From the human T2T-CHM13v2.0 reference genome, Homo sapiens, in NCBI RefSeq assembly GCF_009914755.1, contig NC_060947.1: DNA of 64,000 nt; one strand, 5' to 3'. A program made the translations under genes and the position numbers. The number at the start of each line of letters is the position of its first letter. The stretch's first letter is position 1. Positions 14,280-28,367 of this stretch are shown in pieces. Under the pieces are notes generated by a model. The model was not told where the DNA came from, did no database searches, and worked only from the letters and a program-made list of their open reading frames with translations.

Positions 14280-14770
14280 TTGTAATCAGTGGACTTGAGT
14301 TTACAACCCAACTTCACCACTTATTTTTGTGACTTTGGAAAAGTTACTTAGCCTCTACAAGCCCCAGTTTCCTCATCTATAAAATGATATAAAGAAACCT
14401 ATTAGAGAGTTGTAAGGAATTTTTTTTTAGATAGGATCTCACTCTGTTGCTCAGGCTGGAGTGCAGTGGCATGATCATCACTGCAGCCACAGCCTCCCTC
14501 GCTCAAGTGATCCTCCCGCCTCAGCTTCCTGAGTAGCTGGGACTGTAAGTGTGCCACCATGCCCAGCTAATATTTTATTTTATTTTTAGAGACAGGGTCT
14601 TGCCATATTGCCCAGGCTGGTCTCTAACTCCTGGGCTTAAATGATCCTCCTTTCTCTCCCAAAGTGCTGGGATTACAGGCATGAGCTACCATGCCCAGCC
14701 GAGAATTGTAAAGATTATAAAGTACTCGCATAAGTCATCAAGGAAAATGTATGACACAGAGTGGGTACTG
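14280..14770 (+). mobile_element. MIR interrupted by an Alu
   Basis: gtgactttggaaaagttactt...cagtttcctcatctataaaatg, resuming after the Alu at 14701. Confidence 0.65.
14420..14700 (-). mobile_element. AluJ SINE with degenerate TSD
   Basis: Reverse-complement Alu; flanks gagagttgtaagga (14405-14418) and gagaattgtaaaga (14701-14714). Confidence 0.9.
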
Positions 14771-15469
14771 GGATGGGGGCGGAGATTTTGCCCATTGCTG
14801 ATCCCCTGGCAACAGACTAAAGAAGACTATACTGAGCCTCAGCTAGGAAAAGCAATCCTCAAATACTTGACAGCATGTAAGAATGCACTTTTAAAGATAA
14901 TGATCTTTTTTCCTTTTTAGAGATTCATGGTACTGTTTGGCTTACAGCATTCCGCCTGAGCTTGCTGTAAACTATACACACACACACCCCACACACACAC
15001 TCACACACAATGTAAACACACACACATATGCCACTGCCACCATGACTATCAGCCAGTTAAACAGATTATGGTACATTCACCCACAAATGTCCATATAAAA
15101 AGCATCCTAGTATCCTGTGGTTGGCCATCGTGGTTACTCCCAGCATGTTGGCCCTGATTAATGTGTGTGGGATGTGTGCGTAGGGGGTATTGAAATATAC
15201 TGTATCCCAGTGTCCAGCGAAAGGCCAGACCGTGTTCACGTAAACAGTCCTGACATATTCTGTTTCAGTTTCCCATGACATAAAATAAACTGTCACCTAC
15301 AAACTGCAAGTAAACTGAGAAGATTGTTAAGCACATATATAACAAAGAAACATCTAAATAGATAAATGGGGAGTTTTTTTTTTTTTAATAAGTAAATGTG
15401 CCTAGACAGACTATTACCTTACAGTGGAATAGACCATGCATGTCTAGCATTGCTTGGCTTTCTTGGTTC

Positions 15470-16310
15470 ATTTTTTATAACTACATTATTGAGATATAAT
15501 TCACATACTTTACAACTCACACATTTCAGGTGTTTGATTAAATGGTTTTCAGTATATTCACAGAGTTGTGCAACCATCACCACAACCAATTTTAGAATAT
15601 TTTTATCACCTCAAAAAGAAACCCCATACCCATTATTAGTCTCTCTGCATTTTATCCCACCCCCAGCCCTAGGGAACCACCAATCTATATTCCATCTCCA
15701 TGGATTTGCCTATTCTGGATATTTCATGTAAGTGGAATCACAAGAGAATATGTGATCTCTTGTGTCCAGCTCAAGAGAGACTTAGCACCATGTTTTCAAG
15801 GTTCATCCATGTGGGAGCGTGTGTCAGTACTTCATTCTTTTTCCTATTGAATAATATTCTCTTGTATGGTTGACCATATTTTGTTTATCTGTTAATCAGT
15901 TAGGATGGATTCTTGGGTTTTTTCCACTTTTTTGTTGTTATGAATAATGCATGTGCATTCATGTATAAGTTTTTTGTGTACACACATTTCATTTCTCTTG
16001 GGTAGATAACTAGGAGTGGAATTGCTGAGTCATATGGTAACTCTATGCTTAACTTTTTGAGGAACTGACAGGCTGTTTTTCAAAGTGGCTGCAGCATTTT
16101 ACATTCCCACCAGTAGTTTATGAGGGTTCTAATTTCCCTACATCCTCACCAACACTTATTCTTTGTATTTTTTTCATCATTACTATCCTGGTGGGTGTAA
16201 AGTGGTATTTCCTTGTGGTTTTGATTTCCATATCCCTGACTGCTAAAGATTTTGAGCATGTTTTCATGTTCTTATTGGCTAACTGTATGTATGTTCCATG
16301 TGTTCATTGG
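15470..16310 (-). mobile_element. L1MB-type LINE-1 3' region
   Basis: ttgagatataattcacatac...ctaggagtggaattgctgagtcatatggtaactctatg...ttttacattcccaccag. Confidence 0.85.
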
Positions 16311-17392
16311 CCATTTGGAGTTGAACGGGGAGGAGGTGTGGGATGATATTCAAAGGAATAGTGTAGGAATCAGATACAGGAATGATATCCTATAGTCCAG
16401 TATTTTTTTCTTTCTGCTGGCACAATGAATGTTCTAAGGAATTTATGAGTAGCTTTTTAATCTTAAGCCTGGGATTTGTGAGCTAACTATAAATCACTTA
16501 ACCAAAGCATGATGAAATGCTATTCAACAAAATGCTGAAGGAAGCAGTAAGATTAATAACTAAAGACAACGTATGACTTCAACACTATAACTTAAAAAAA
16601 ATCAAAACAACAAAAATAGAACTATAAGTCTTCTGTCCATTAGTCAAAGGTGTTATCACTGGCTCCTAGGTCACAGATTGAGACCTCAGCCTGGTTAGTC
16701 TGTCAAGCAGAGTTCACTGAAGTAAACGTGTGTAAGGAGGCAGGGAGGGGGAAGCGGAATGGAAGAGTTTATAACAAAAATCGCAACCAGATTCTCAATG
16801 CATACAGTGTGGCAAACGTTGTATAAGCCTCACGGGTGAACTACAATATTGGTTATTCTTGCCACAAGTCTGCCAGGATTTCTTAAAAAGTTGTTGCTCT
16901 CATTGGTGGTTTGCTTGTCTGTAACAGAGAAGGGCAACAAAGTTCCTTCCATGTACACAGTTTCCTCTTGCTCTGTTTAATAGCCACAAGCAGCTTATAA
17001 GCATAAAACTCTATCCAGGTACAACGGAAGCACCCTTAGCCATAGCTATAATAGGCCCAGGGAGAGGAGGTGACCGATGCAGCAGTTACCCAGTCAATAG
17101 GGGTCTATGAGGAAGCATGATGGAAGAGTTTTCCCAGTATGGACGCTGCTGCCCAAATTGAGAGTTGTAGAAATTGCCGTTCAGTGGGTGCCGGGAACAG
17201 ACAGAAGCAGATTTAAAGGCAGTAGGACGACAAAGTAGTCATCCATGAGTTCTTCCTACCAGAGTTTACAAGATATCTGAGGGTGGCAATGCTATGGGTA
17301 TCCTGGCAATAAAAGACCTCCTATTCTGAGTGTCCAAAAGGCTGTAACACAATTTCATCACATCTCTTTTTTCTAATTGAGGAAATTGATCA

Positions 17393-17445
17393 TCACACAC
17401 ACACACACATACACACACACACACACACGCACACACACACACGCA
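17393..17445. repeat. (CA)n microsatellite
   Basis: Imperfect CA run seen directly. Confidence 0.95.
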
Positions 17446-18289
17446 TCCTCCAACCCTCACACTGCTTAACTGTTTCTATAACTTCCCCTTACTCCAATAT
17501 CCTTACTCTGTGGCCTGTAAGTCCCTGCCATTTTTCTTGACCACCGCACCCATCTCTCCAAAGCTCTGTTCTGCTACTGTTCCCCTTACTCCTTCACTCA
17601 GTCTGCTACTTTCTTCACTCATTTGCTTGAACTTGCTATGCCACTTTGCTCCTCAGCATCTTTGCACAAACTATTCCTTCTTTTCTATAGTGTTTTCCGT
17701 ATGTTAATCCACCTAATAATCATCAGCCTGTAGGTCTTGGCCTAGTCTTCACTTTTAAAGCATAACAGATATAATAACTAGGGCCACCGACACGTAGATC
17801 CACAGCTTGCAAGAAATGGGGTGGGGGGTTGTCTCTGGCTTGCACCCCATGATTCACTGGATATCTATGTCAAGTGTTCACTCAGGAGCACAAGCAGGGG
17901 CCTGTGGCCACATGTCCTCTGGCCTCTCCAAGTCTTGCTGCCAAGTGCCAGGGCTGGAAAATGGTTGAAGTGGATGACCCCCTGCCACTTCCTCCAAGGT
18001 GACACTGTGAAGGTGGAGCAGGACATCCATACTCAGGGGACACAGATTCTCAAGCAAGGAGAGGTGGAGGGAGCCTTTTGTGTACACTTTACTTTGATAA
18101 TGGATACTGCTGGAATATGGGCAGACTGCAGTGGACTATTTTTAAAGAAAAGGATCTGGTTTTAAATTCATATGTGGTTTTGTGATTTTAAAAGGAGGAC
18201 TACAAAAAATACTGTTGTGAAGCAAATGATCACCATCTAATGTGCCTCTTGTTTGTTATACAAATAAAAGTTATAACTAAAATAAAACA

Positions 18290-19160
18290 CTTCACACTGG
18301 CTAGGATGGCTACTATCAAATAGACAAAGCTGGATGTGGTGGCACATGCCCATACTCCCAGATGCTCAAAAGATTGAGGTTGGAGGATTCCTCAAACCCA
18401 GGAGTTCAAGACCAGTCTGGGCAACATAGCAAGATGCTGTCTCTAAACATTACTACTAATAATAATAACAACAACAAGTACTGGTAAGGATGTGGAGAAA
18501 CTGGAACCCTCAAACACCATTGTGGGAATGTAAAATGATGCAATCACTTTGGAGAACACTCTGGCGGCTCCTCAAATAGTTAAACATAGAGTTCCTATAA
18601 TGACCAAGCAATTCTACTCCTAGTTATATACCCACGAGAAGTGAAAGCATACATCCATACAAAACATATACACAGAAGTCCATAGCAGCATTATTCATAA
18701 AAGCAGAAAAACTGAAAACACCACAAATGTCCATCACTTGATGAATGAATAAGCAAAGTATCATGTTTCCATATGATGAAATATTATATGGTGATAAAAA
18801 GGAATGAAGTACTAATACATGCTGCAACATGGGTGAACCTCGACAACACACTCAGTGAAAGGAGACAGTCACAAAGGACCACGTATTGTATGATTCCATT
18901 TATGGAAAATCTCAAGAACAGGCAAATCTAGAGACAAAAAGCAAATTAATGGTTGTCAGGGGCTCAGAGTAGCATTGGTGGAGGAGATAAAAAGAGAGTG
19001 ACTGCCAGTGGCATGGAGTTTCTTTTGGGGAAACAAAAATATTCTAAAATTAGCTAGTGGTGATGGTTGTACAACTCCGTGAATGTACTAAAACCCACTG
19101 AACTGTACACTTTAAATGGGTGAATTGTATCACATGTGAATTACATCTCAATAGAGAGGG
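18290..19160 (+). mobile_element. L1MB-type LINE-1 3' region containing an Alu left monomer (FLAM-like, ~18327-18445)
   Basis: cacactggctaggatggcta...ggatgtggagaaactggaaccctc...agtggtgatggttgtacaact; monomer with ggagttcaagaccagtctgggcaacatagcaaga. Confidence 0.85.
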
Positions 19161-19680
19161 TTTAAACAAATGATGCTATACCTTGAGTTTACAGAGCAAA
19201 ATGTCCCTACATAACTTTGTGTTTCCATGTTTGACCACTTAGCAGGAAGGCCTCTCAAGTTAATGAACACATTTCCGGCTCTCGCAAGACAGTCTTACTG
19301 ATTGCTATGAGACTAAAATTCCACATGAACAGAACCATAGTGTCTGGATGACCTTGATGAGCAAGAGAATTATAAATACAAGTTAGAAAATTTTCAAAAA
19401 AGAAGGAAGGAAAAGAAGTTAAAGTGGGAATAGGGTGTTACCACTGTGCTAGAAAAAATAAAAAGAGAGAAACAAACAAACAAAAAAATGGGTGAAAAGT
19501 TGTTTTTAGTAGAACCTCTTTAAACAAGGGGAATGCTTTCAACAGTCCCAAGCAAATTTCAGTGTCACATGGTTAAGGCCAAAATATCCCAAAATAAGAT
19601 GAATAAGATAAGATTATGGCCCTGTTGCTATGACTTCATTATGTGGAATATAGATATTGGGCCTGTGTCACTGGCAGACA

Positions 19681-19685
<5 letters not shown>

Positions 19686-19734
<49 letters not shown>

Positions 19735-19840
19735 CAAATATATATGAAATATATAAACATTTATTTATATGTTTACGTTAGATTTATATATGCATATATA
19801 ATAAACATAAATATATAAACAAATGAACATATATTTATAG
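19686..19840. repeat. (TA)n microsatellite and AT-rich low-complexity tract
   Basis: Pure TA run from ~19686-19726 followed by degenerate TA-rich sequence. Confidence 0.95.
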
Positions 19841-22648
19841 GAAGATAACTTTATTTTGGTATAATTGATACAGCATAAAATTTATGCATTTTATGTGTAC
19901 AATTCAATGATATTTTAGTAAATGTACCAAATTGTGTAACCATAACTATTAATTCAGTTTTGCAACATTTTTATCAAATTATATAGACAGTCCTGGTGGC
20001 TGCTCAGATATGTTTTTGCTTTTGATTTTAGAAAGTCGAGTTTCTTAGAAGTCTGGTGTCTAGTTCAGTGGGATGTTTATGTCTTAACTACAAATGGGTG
20101 CTTGGTCAGATCACTGAATCCTGAACAACTAGCAAAAAATAAAAAGGTGTTTCCCCTCATTTATTAGATTTTGAACTTTCTAAGAGGTGGCCTAGAAAGG
20201 AAAAAATATATATATACCATTACTAACGTATTTCAAGTTTGATTGTATAATATTGATTTTAATCCTTCATTTGTAAATAAGTACTTTTTGATTCTCTTAT
20301 TAACTCATACTCTAAAACAACTTCATTGAGATGTAATTTACATTCTATAAACTTCACCTGTAAACTTACTGCGTTGGATAACCATCACCACAATCCAATT
20401 TGAGAACATTTTTGTCACTTCAATAACATCCCTGGGGCTCACTGACAGTCACTCTCCTTTCCCAACCACAGCCCCAGGAAACCACTAATCTATTTTCTGT
20501 TCCTATGGATTTCTGGAAGGCATTACACTTTCACACACAGATAGAAAAAGATATATCAAAAATATATCTCTCCTTTAAGAAAATCCTATCTCTACCCCAG
20601 AATTTCAGTGTTTGTGATGTTTAAAATTTTTAAGTAATAAATAAAAGTTGCCACAAATGCTATGAAAAACAGTCCCCCAAATGAGAAGTTTCTCCACCAT
20701 AATATACATTTTAAAGTTTATAATAACCAATTAATAGACAGCACTTTAACACCATGTGATATTTTCCTGATTAAAGCCAAAAGCTACTAATTCTACCCTG
20801 CTCCATGACTAACCAGCCTCCCACCAAAAACAAAAATCCAAAACACTTTAGAACACATATTGTTCATTTTATTTGCAGACAAAACTCCTGGACTACTGGT
20901 CTCCTTCAAATTTGGATCATAAGCTGAATTAAGCAAGGGAAACTTCCCAAAATGACATCCTATTCTGCAGCTTTTTAGAGCTACAGAAACTTTTCTAGAC
21001 ATTAAATTCTCTTTAAAGATAATCCGGAATTATGTTAGACTAGTTTAAAAACCATCACTTTTCATAGCAACATGATTATATTGTGGGCATTTCCAAGTTA
21101 ATTATAGATCTGTCATTTTAAGGAATAATCATTAATTGAGATCTTTTCATTGAATTAATGAAGGGATATTGTACAGCTGCAACAAAATAACCCTTTTCCC
21201 CTTAACCATCAATGGAGAGAATTCGTACCATGGTAATTTGGAAGCTACCACCATCATGTATGCATATATCATAGTTCTCAAGAAAATATTGTTCCCGAAT
21301 TGTCTTTTCCTACTAAAGAAATAACCCTTGGTCAATGTGACAAATATATGACATTGAGTCATTTCCACATAACTCTCCAGCAGACCACATCTGTGAAGCT
21401 AGATAAATCCTGTTTCAATTTGGATTGCCATAAAACACAACACTCTTTTCAGGCCAGTCCATGGACTTCTGATAGCAGCCTTCACAGGCCACAGGTTGCC
21501 ACTTTCCAAGTCTAGGATGCTGTGGCTCTCACAAGGGTGCTGACCCGGTTTCTATTTTCAACTGGAATTTCCTCCTCTGGGGTCATTTGATTTCCACCCT
21601 CAGAGACATTTTCCTGGTTCTCTGTTCTGTGCCCCGACCTACTCGTTGCTTCAAAACCAAAAAGAATTCCAGGTTCATCCTCCTGCACAGTCCAGTGAGA
21701 CAAAGACTCGTGGACATTATGCTTTCAATCTGGTGGAAGCCATGGTTTTTTGAACCTCAGTGAGACCCTCTTAGAAGACACCAAGGTGACATTTACTCAG
21801 GAAGCTGCTGAGCTCTAAGACAAGACCTGCAGGAAATGATAGCGGGAGGCCATGGTGTAGAGCTAAAGCTGTTAAGACGTCTTCATTCAAAGGGTCACAA
21901 GAATGTGGAAGAGTCAGCCAAAAGAAACATCACAAAGTGTAAGACAGGGCTACTTCCTTTGGCACAACACTGGCTGCATTGGCAGGACCCAGAGATGGCT
22001 CACCCCCAGCTCTTGTGGCTGAGCGCTCAGCAAGCCACACGGAGTTTAAAGAACAGGAGACTGGTGTTTTTAGAGTCAGCTCCTGGAGGCCCTTTATGTT
22101 CTTGCCTCTGAGGGAGTTCTGGATACAGTAACATAAAAATCTCAGATACATCCACAAGAAGAACTAGCATTTTAAACCCATGAGTAAATGACACTTTTCT
22201 GAGTTTAAGTCTCCCTTTCGCACTGGTAAGAATGGCAATGTTTATGAAAATTATTCTGCCTAGAATAATTGCAAAATAAACCATGAAACATATACTATTT
22301 TTAACTTAAAATTTTTAAAGCATTTTCCAGTGATGTAGAGATTGGACAAGGCAAATAGTTTTCAGACACTATACTTGCAGATGCATCTTCTTATTCAAGA
22401 GGAAGCCTTAGAGTAAAAATTGGAGACTAACCTTTTAAAAAAATGTTTCCCTTAGCGCTATACACATACTCAGTTCTGCACATATACTGGTGAATCAATG
22501 AATGTTCACTGACATTTTGCCCTTATCTGAAATATACCCACCACTCCCCTCCATACCAACAATATGTGTCCCTTTCTTTTGCCTTCATACTGATGTAACG
22601 TAGACCTATCTACAGTGTCTGTGGTAATTTGAGACATAGCATTAGACT

Positions 22649-22987
22649 AGAGATAGGCAAACTTTTTCTGTAAATGGCCAAAGAGTAAACATTTTAGGCT
22701 TTGCAAGCCATGCAGTTCATTGCAACCAACCACTGAACTCTGCTATCATAGTGTGAAAGCAGCCAAAGACAATATGTCAATAAATGCACATGGCTGTGTT
22801 CTAATAAAACTTTATTTATGAACACTAAAATCTGTATTTCATAAAATGTTCACATGGCATAAGATATTCTTCTTTTGGTATTTTTTTCAACCATCTAAAA
22901 ATGTAAAACTGATTCTTAGCTCATAGGAGACACAAAAGCAGGCAGTTGTCTGGATTTGGCCTGTGGGTCATAGTTTGTTGACCCCTG
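22649..22987 (+). mobile_element. MER58B (hAT-Charlie)
   Basis: ggcaaactttttctgtaaatggcca...gtgttctaataaaactttattta...ggcctgtgggtcatagtttgttgacccctg. Confidence 0.8.
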
Positions 22988-23397
22988 ATTTAAGAACTGA
23001 GCTACCGTAATATGGCAGACAGTCTACTAGATATGATCACGTACAGAGCAAACTGGAAAAAAAAACAGGCCTTGGCAACTGTTCAATCAAGTTGATATAA
23101 TAGAGGAAGATATGGTGAAGGTGTTCAAACTTCAATGAGACAAGATTCTGTGTGTGTACTTTAAGTGCATTGCTTTTAATGTAGCTTATCCATTTACATG
23201 TCAAAATTGATCAAATTAATAATTTAATTGCCAAACGTTGCCTCTGGTGTGTTTGGCCTAAAGGATTAATATATTTTTCTTTCATTCATAAATCACCTCA
23301 TCCTTAATTTCTTCTAGGTTTTGAAACAGTAGCTAAATTCAGAAATCTTTTAAAAGTGATACTAGTAAAAAGAAGCAGATAAAAAATCTCCAGGGAG

Positions 23398-23671
23398 ATG
23401 TTGGTCAAGGATACAAAATTTTAGTTAGGCAGGAGGAGTAAGTTCATATTCCTTGTTCAACATGGTGACTATAGTTAATAACAATGTATTATATACTTCA
23501 AAACTGCTAAGACAATAGATTTTAAGTGTTCTCACCACAAAAAATAAGTATGTGAAGTAATGCATATGTTGATTATCTCAATTTAGCCATTCCACAATGC
23601 ATACATATTTCAAAACATATTGTACATCATAAATATATTTAATTTTTAATTGTCAATTAAAAATAAATTTT
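23398..23671 (+). mobile_element. 5'-truncated L1MA 3' end with TSD
   Basis: L1MA-type ggtcaaggatacaaaatt...gtgttctcaccacaaaaa; flanks aaaaaatctccagggag (23381-23397) and aaaaagtatccagggag (23672-23688). Confidence 0.8.
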
Positions 23672-24039
23672 AAAAAGTATCCAGGGAGGTGATTCTGAAT
23701 GGTTTCTTTTTGATAGTTTGAGGAACCAGAGCTGCTACACACAAGGAAACAGGGACGAGTGTCGCAATTCTGTTTAAATGTTAATATCATTCAGTCTATT
23801 TCTATATTCCCTTAATGTCTACTCAGTCTTTCTCCAATCACTGTGGATTTATGGGAACTGATATCAGTGAGAGAACCTCAAAACCCTGCTTTTGTCATTT
23901 AATTGGGTCATGATGACATAGATATTGACATCCATGACAGAAAGAACTCACTGACGAAACAGAAAAAGAAAATCAGGATAGATTTGTACCTTCTTAAAAG
24001 TATTGGCATTCTCAGGATAAACTGATTAAACACTGAGGT

Positions 24040-24497
24040 AAAGTGAATCAATTCCCCCATCTCTTCATCCCTCGTTGCTTCACATCCTTACCACAGCCCC
24101 ATCATGGAAGGAGTGCATTTCCCCACACACTGAAGTTAGGCTTTTACATGTGACTTGCTGTGGCCAGTAGCAGGTGGGTGGAGACAATAGTGTGTCAAAT
24201 TCCTGCCTACGTCTCAAGAGTCTTCAGTTGATCCCACTTGCCATCTTGTGCCTTTGTCATTGCTGAACTTCTTTGGGTAGATGCTGCCAGCCTGGGCCCC
24301 AGGATAGATACACATGGGACAGAATTGACAGAAGAGCCTTGACACTTTGGCCTCTGGTCAAACAGCTGAGCTCTGTCTAGCTAAGCCAACCCTAACCGAC
24401 CCACAGATCCACTAGGATCCGTGATGGTTTTTTTATGCCACTGAATGTCAGAGTAGCTTGTCACACAGCATTAGTGTGGTGATAGCTAACTGATACA
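24040..24497 (+). mobile_element. MLT1-type (ERVL-MaLR) solo LTR
   Basis: catgtgacttgctgtggcca... and 3' end tatgccactga...cacagcattagtgtggtgatagctaactgataca. Confidence 0.75.
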
Positions 24498-25556
24498 AAC
24501 ACACTTCTACATTTTAGACAACACAGCTATAAGGTAAAGTACGATTTTGTGTGTCTATGTGCATATATGTATGCATGCTAGGAGTTCTATATTTCATTCC
24601 TTTCTAATGACGCCTTAAATAAAAATGTGCCCTCCCCCACCTGCGGCAGCACAGAAATATCATGGAAGGCCTCATTCTCAAACCAAGTTTCCTCTTAGAC
24701 TCACTACATGAGCCTTTGATCCTTTACAGATGTTTGCAATGGGTGATACAAAGTATCTGCGTGGTAATGGTGACATTACCTGTCTAATTTTAATGCAATT
24801 AAATTGCATTAAAAGCAAGAGTTGGGCTCAGTATGACTACATTTAAAAAATGTTCTTCCTTTCTAATAAATATCAAGTCATAATCATATGGTAAAACTGA
24901 AATATGTGAAGTATCTAGTAAGTTTGCCTATGTTTGCAGAATCAGACAGCATCAGCAGTTTGGACACCTTTTTTAAAATAGTGAGCACCAAATAAATGCA
25001 GGAAGTCTTTCTAACTGTGTCCCGATGATAAGGTTTCACTCTTCAGCAATCCTGAATAAAAACAGCTATTAAGGATTTTTTGAACCAGTTCATCATGATA
25101 AGGTTCAAACCTTTCCCCAAGAGAGGTCTACGAACGGCCACTCCCTTTGAAATGGATGAATAAAAATGCATGTGTGCCATGAATGCCAAGGTTTACGTAA
25201 CTGTTGTGCTGCCCAGAGCCCAGCTCGGTCATGGCTACCTCAAATCCATGCAGGACTCGTGTTTATCCTTGTTCGTAAATACTTTTGGAAAACCCTGACA
25301 AGGGCAGAGTGCCAGCTCTCATGTACCTTTTCCAGGCTGCTGCAAGTTCAGTCACGCGGTTGTCGGTCCAGAAATGGATGTGCCGTTAGAACAGCCATGC
25401 AAAGAGGGAGTGTGCCGCATTTACGCAGGAGATAAACTCTGCCGTGTTTCAATCAAAAGCAGTTTGCTAGTGAAAACACAGGTGTTGGAATTATAAAATT
25501 ACCACAACCCTCAAACCCTCAACTAAAAATAACAAACAGGATGTTCTTTATATGGG

Positions 25557-25560
<4 letters not shown>

Positions 25561-25616
<56 letters not shown>

Positions 25617-25626
25617 CATATATATG
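25561..25626. repeat. (TA)n microsatellite
   Basis: Seen directly. Confidence 0.95.
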
Positions 25627-25799
25627 CATTGCTGACAACAAGGACACACCAAAATCCTCTCTGATCTCCCTATCAATTCACCATACTTTCTTCTGTTATG
25701 TTTATGGATGCTTTGGGTGTAAATAATCAATGGAGACAGGAATGTTTCCACCGTGCAGCAAGAACAGGAGGAAGAATTTAAAATGTGTCATCTTATGGA

Positions 25800-26190
25800 G
25801 ACAGTTCAGTGGTAGCCCAGATTCAGGATGAGGGCAGGAGTAGGGTGGATGTGAATACAAAGGGGTAGCATGGGGGGAGTGCTTTTGCGGTGATGGACCA
25901 GCTGTGTATTTTGAATGCGGTAGTGGATATGCCAGTCTGTACAGGTAATAAAATTGCACAGAACTGCACGCATATATACATACATAAAAGAATGCATGTA
26001 AAAACCTGGTAAAATGAGAATCTGTAGTCTAGTTAATAGGATTGTCCCAATGTCAGCTTCATGGTTTTGATATTGTGTAAATAAGATGCTACCATTGAGA
26101 GAAGCTAGATAAGGGGTACATGGGACCTCTCAGTACTATTTTTGCAAGTTCTTATAAGTCTTCAATTATTACAAAATGAAAGGCTTTAAA
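25800..26190 (+). mobile_element. Old L1M (L1MD-like) 3' end
   Basis: taataaaattgcacagaact...caatgtcagcttcatggttttgatattgt...gggtacatgggacctctcagtactatttttgcaa. Confidence 0.7.
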
Positions 26191-26249
26191 AAGTATTACC
26201 TCAAAGGTATCACCTTAAGCCAATGGCATGTCAACAATCACCCACTGCA

Positions 26250-26495
26250 CAGTGATTCAAGCATGCAGACTTGGCAATCAAATTAAGAGACAAGGATTTG
26301 AGTCCCAGCCCCACTACGTACTAGCTGTGTGGCCCTGAAACAGACATAAGGTCAGAGCTTTGGTTTCCTCATCTTTTAAATGAGGATAATAGGACCTATC
26401 TCACAGGGTTATTTTAAGGATTAAGTGAGATAATATATGTAGAATAAGCAGGACTCATAGAGAGCATTCAATAAATATTGGCTATTATTATTACT
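26250..26495 (+). mobile_element. MIR SINE
   Basis: ctagctgtgtggcc...gtttcctcatc...acctatctcacagggttatt...caataaatattggctattatt. Confidence 0.8.
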
Positions 26496-27479
26496 CTAAG
26501 TCAGACTAAATATTTCTGAGAGCTTTAAATCACTGATTAATTTCATTGACACTCAAGTACATACTAAGCATCAGGCACATGCTATAAATGGCCAAGCATT
26601 GAGTCACACACAATATAGTCCCTGGTTCTGGTCTGCGTCCTTTTGGATTTTCTGGTTCTGTTGTGAATATGGTCTCCAAAGAAGCAGGATGAATATTTAT
26701 GAAAGTGGGTGCACAGAAGACTCAAGGAGGAACTAACTTAAGAATAAGAGGTACTTTCTGCAGTCCAGGTTGAAATGAGAGTTTTCTCTCTGCTAAAATT
26801 TACTGGGGTACAGGGCGGTTTAACTGCAATACTTAGCTGCAACCATTCCTTGACCAGCAGAGATAAATGAAAATTGCCTTTCAGTCAAGCACAGGTTAGA
26901 CCATTTGTGTTGATGTGCAATTTTAAGAGTTAAAACCCTTTACCCATCAACCAGAAAAAAAGCCAAACCAAATCTTCCTTTTTCTTTGTTTGGCAAGGAA
27001 ATTACATTAGACTATCCTAATGGGCTTAGAGGGAAAAAAAATCTAATTGTAGTCTATATTAATACATTTACATATTTTGAATTATATTAATAAATACTAA
27101 TAAATTTAGACCAGGGCACTTTAAAGTAATGAACTTTCCAATATTAGATTAATGACAAAATATACGTAGAATATATCACTCTCTACTAAATGCTTTAATA
27201 GGTTTGTGATATAAAAATCCTTAAAAGCAAGCACACCACGTATGGATGGAGCTGGCATAGCACCTGAGTACTTTAAATGTGGTAGTCAAAATAATCTACA
27301 GTGTGGAAGAAAGAGACATTTGAAGCAATTTGGGAGACTTCTATATACTTAGGAATTTAAGGTCTTTCATAAATGTAAGCAAACCCCAAACAAGACTGAA
27401 AATGCTTGTAATGATATTTTATGTTTGTCAACACCGACCCCCCCTCCCGCCAGCCCTCAACAAAAATAGGAAATAAAAT

Positions 27480-27849
27480 GTTCTGCCCTTCTCTGTGCTG
27501 GTCTCACTGGATTGGCTGGGCTTGGGCCCAGAAGGAGATGGAGAACAGGGAGACCAAGAAGTCAGAGTATTTACTGTTCCAGTCTATCCCTGCTTCTCTG
27601 TATTTTGCCCTTGCTGGAGTCTTCTCTGGACACATTGCCAGGGTCCCTTCCAGCCAAGGCTGCAAGTCAGTGGGCTCTGGTAACGCTGGTCCCTCCCTGG
27701 TAACAGCTTCTCAGTGTTGCTAATTGCTGGGTGCTTCACCACTCACCGTTGGTTCCTTTAAACCTGTCAACACATTGGCGTAGTTCATTCCTCAAATTAA
27801 GCCTTTTGAGTGATTTATCTGTTTCCTGTTTGGATCCTGATCGACACAA
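27480..27849 (+). mobile_element. ERVL-class solo LTR (LTR33-like)
   Basis: gaagtcagagtattta...ttcctttaaacctg...tttgagtg...atctgtttcctg...gatcctgatcgacaca LTR 3' end. Confidence 0.55.
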
Positions 27850-28353
27850 AGCCCTTGACTGTGAATCAGTAGCTAATGTGGGAGGATGCCTTAACTTTTG
27901 AGATAAAAGTTAAGACCGTGTTTTGCATTTTGCTCAGACCATCGAAATGGCATCTTAACATGAATGGAACTGTTGAAAGTCATGTGCATAGATACCCACA
28001 GAAATAATACTATGTGTTATGTTACCATTTTCAAATCATTCTAGCAAACTCAATGTTCCATACCCTTGCTAATCTATTATTCATCTGTGGGTCTAATTAA
28101 CATGGCATCACCAAGCTAGGAACCTAGAGCAATGTCCAGGGATTTGTGCCCATGTGGAGAGGCACCCACCTGGCACAGAGATGCTTGGCAAATATGGAGC
28201 CCACGTGCTCCACAAAGTGCTGAGATGCTTTTAGCCTCTGTATTGCACTTGGACTGGCTTATACATTTCTTTACCAGATATTTCAGTCAACTGCAGAAAG
28301 GGGTCATTCAAAAATATGTTAAAAGTTTATTCATCTAAACTACTTCTGTTGCT

Positions 28354-28367
28354 GTTGCCATGGCAAC
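28354..28367. promoter_or_regulatory. Perfect RFX X-box motif GTTGCCATGGCAAC
   Basis: Exact palindromic match to the RFX consensus; binding not demonstrated. Confidence 0.5.
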
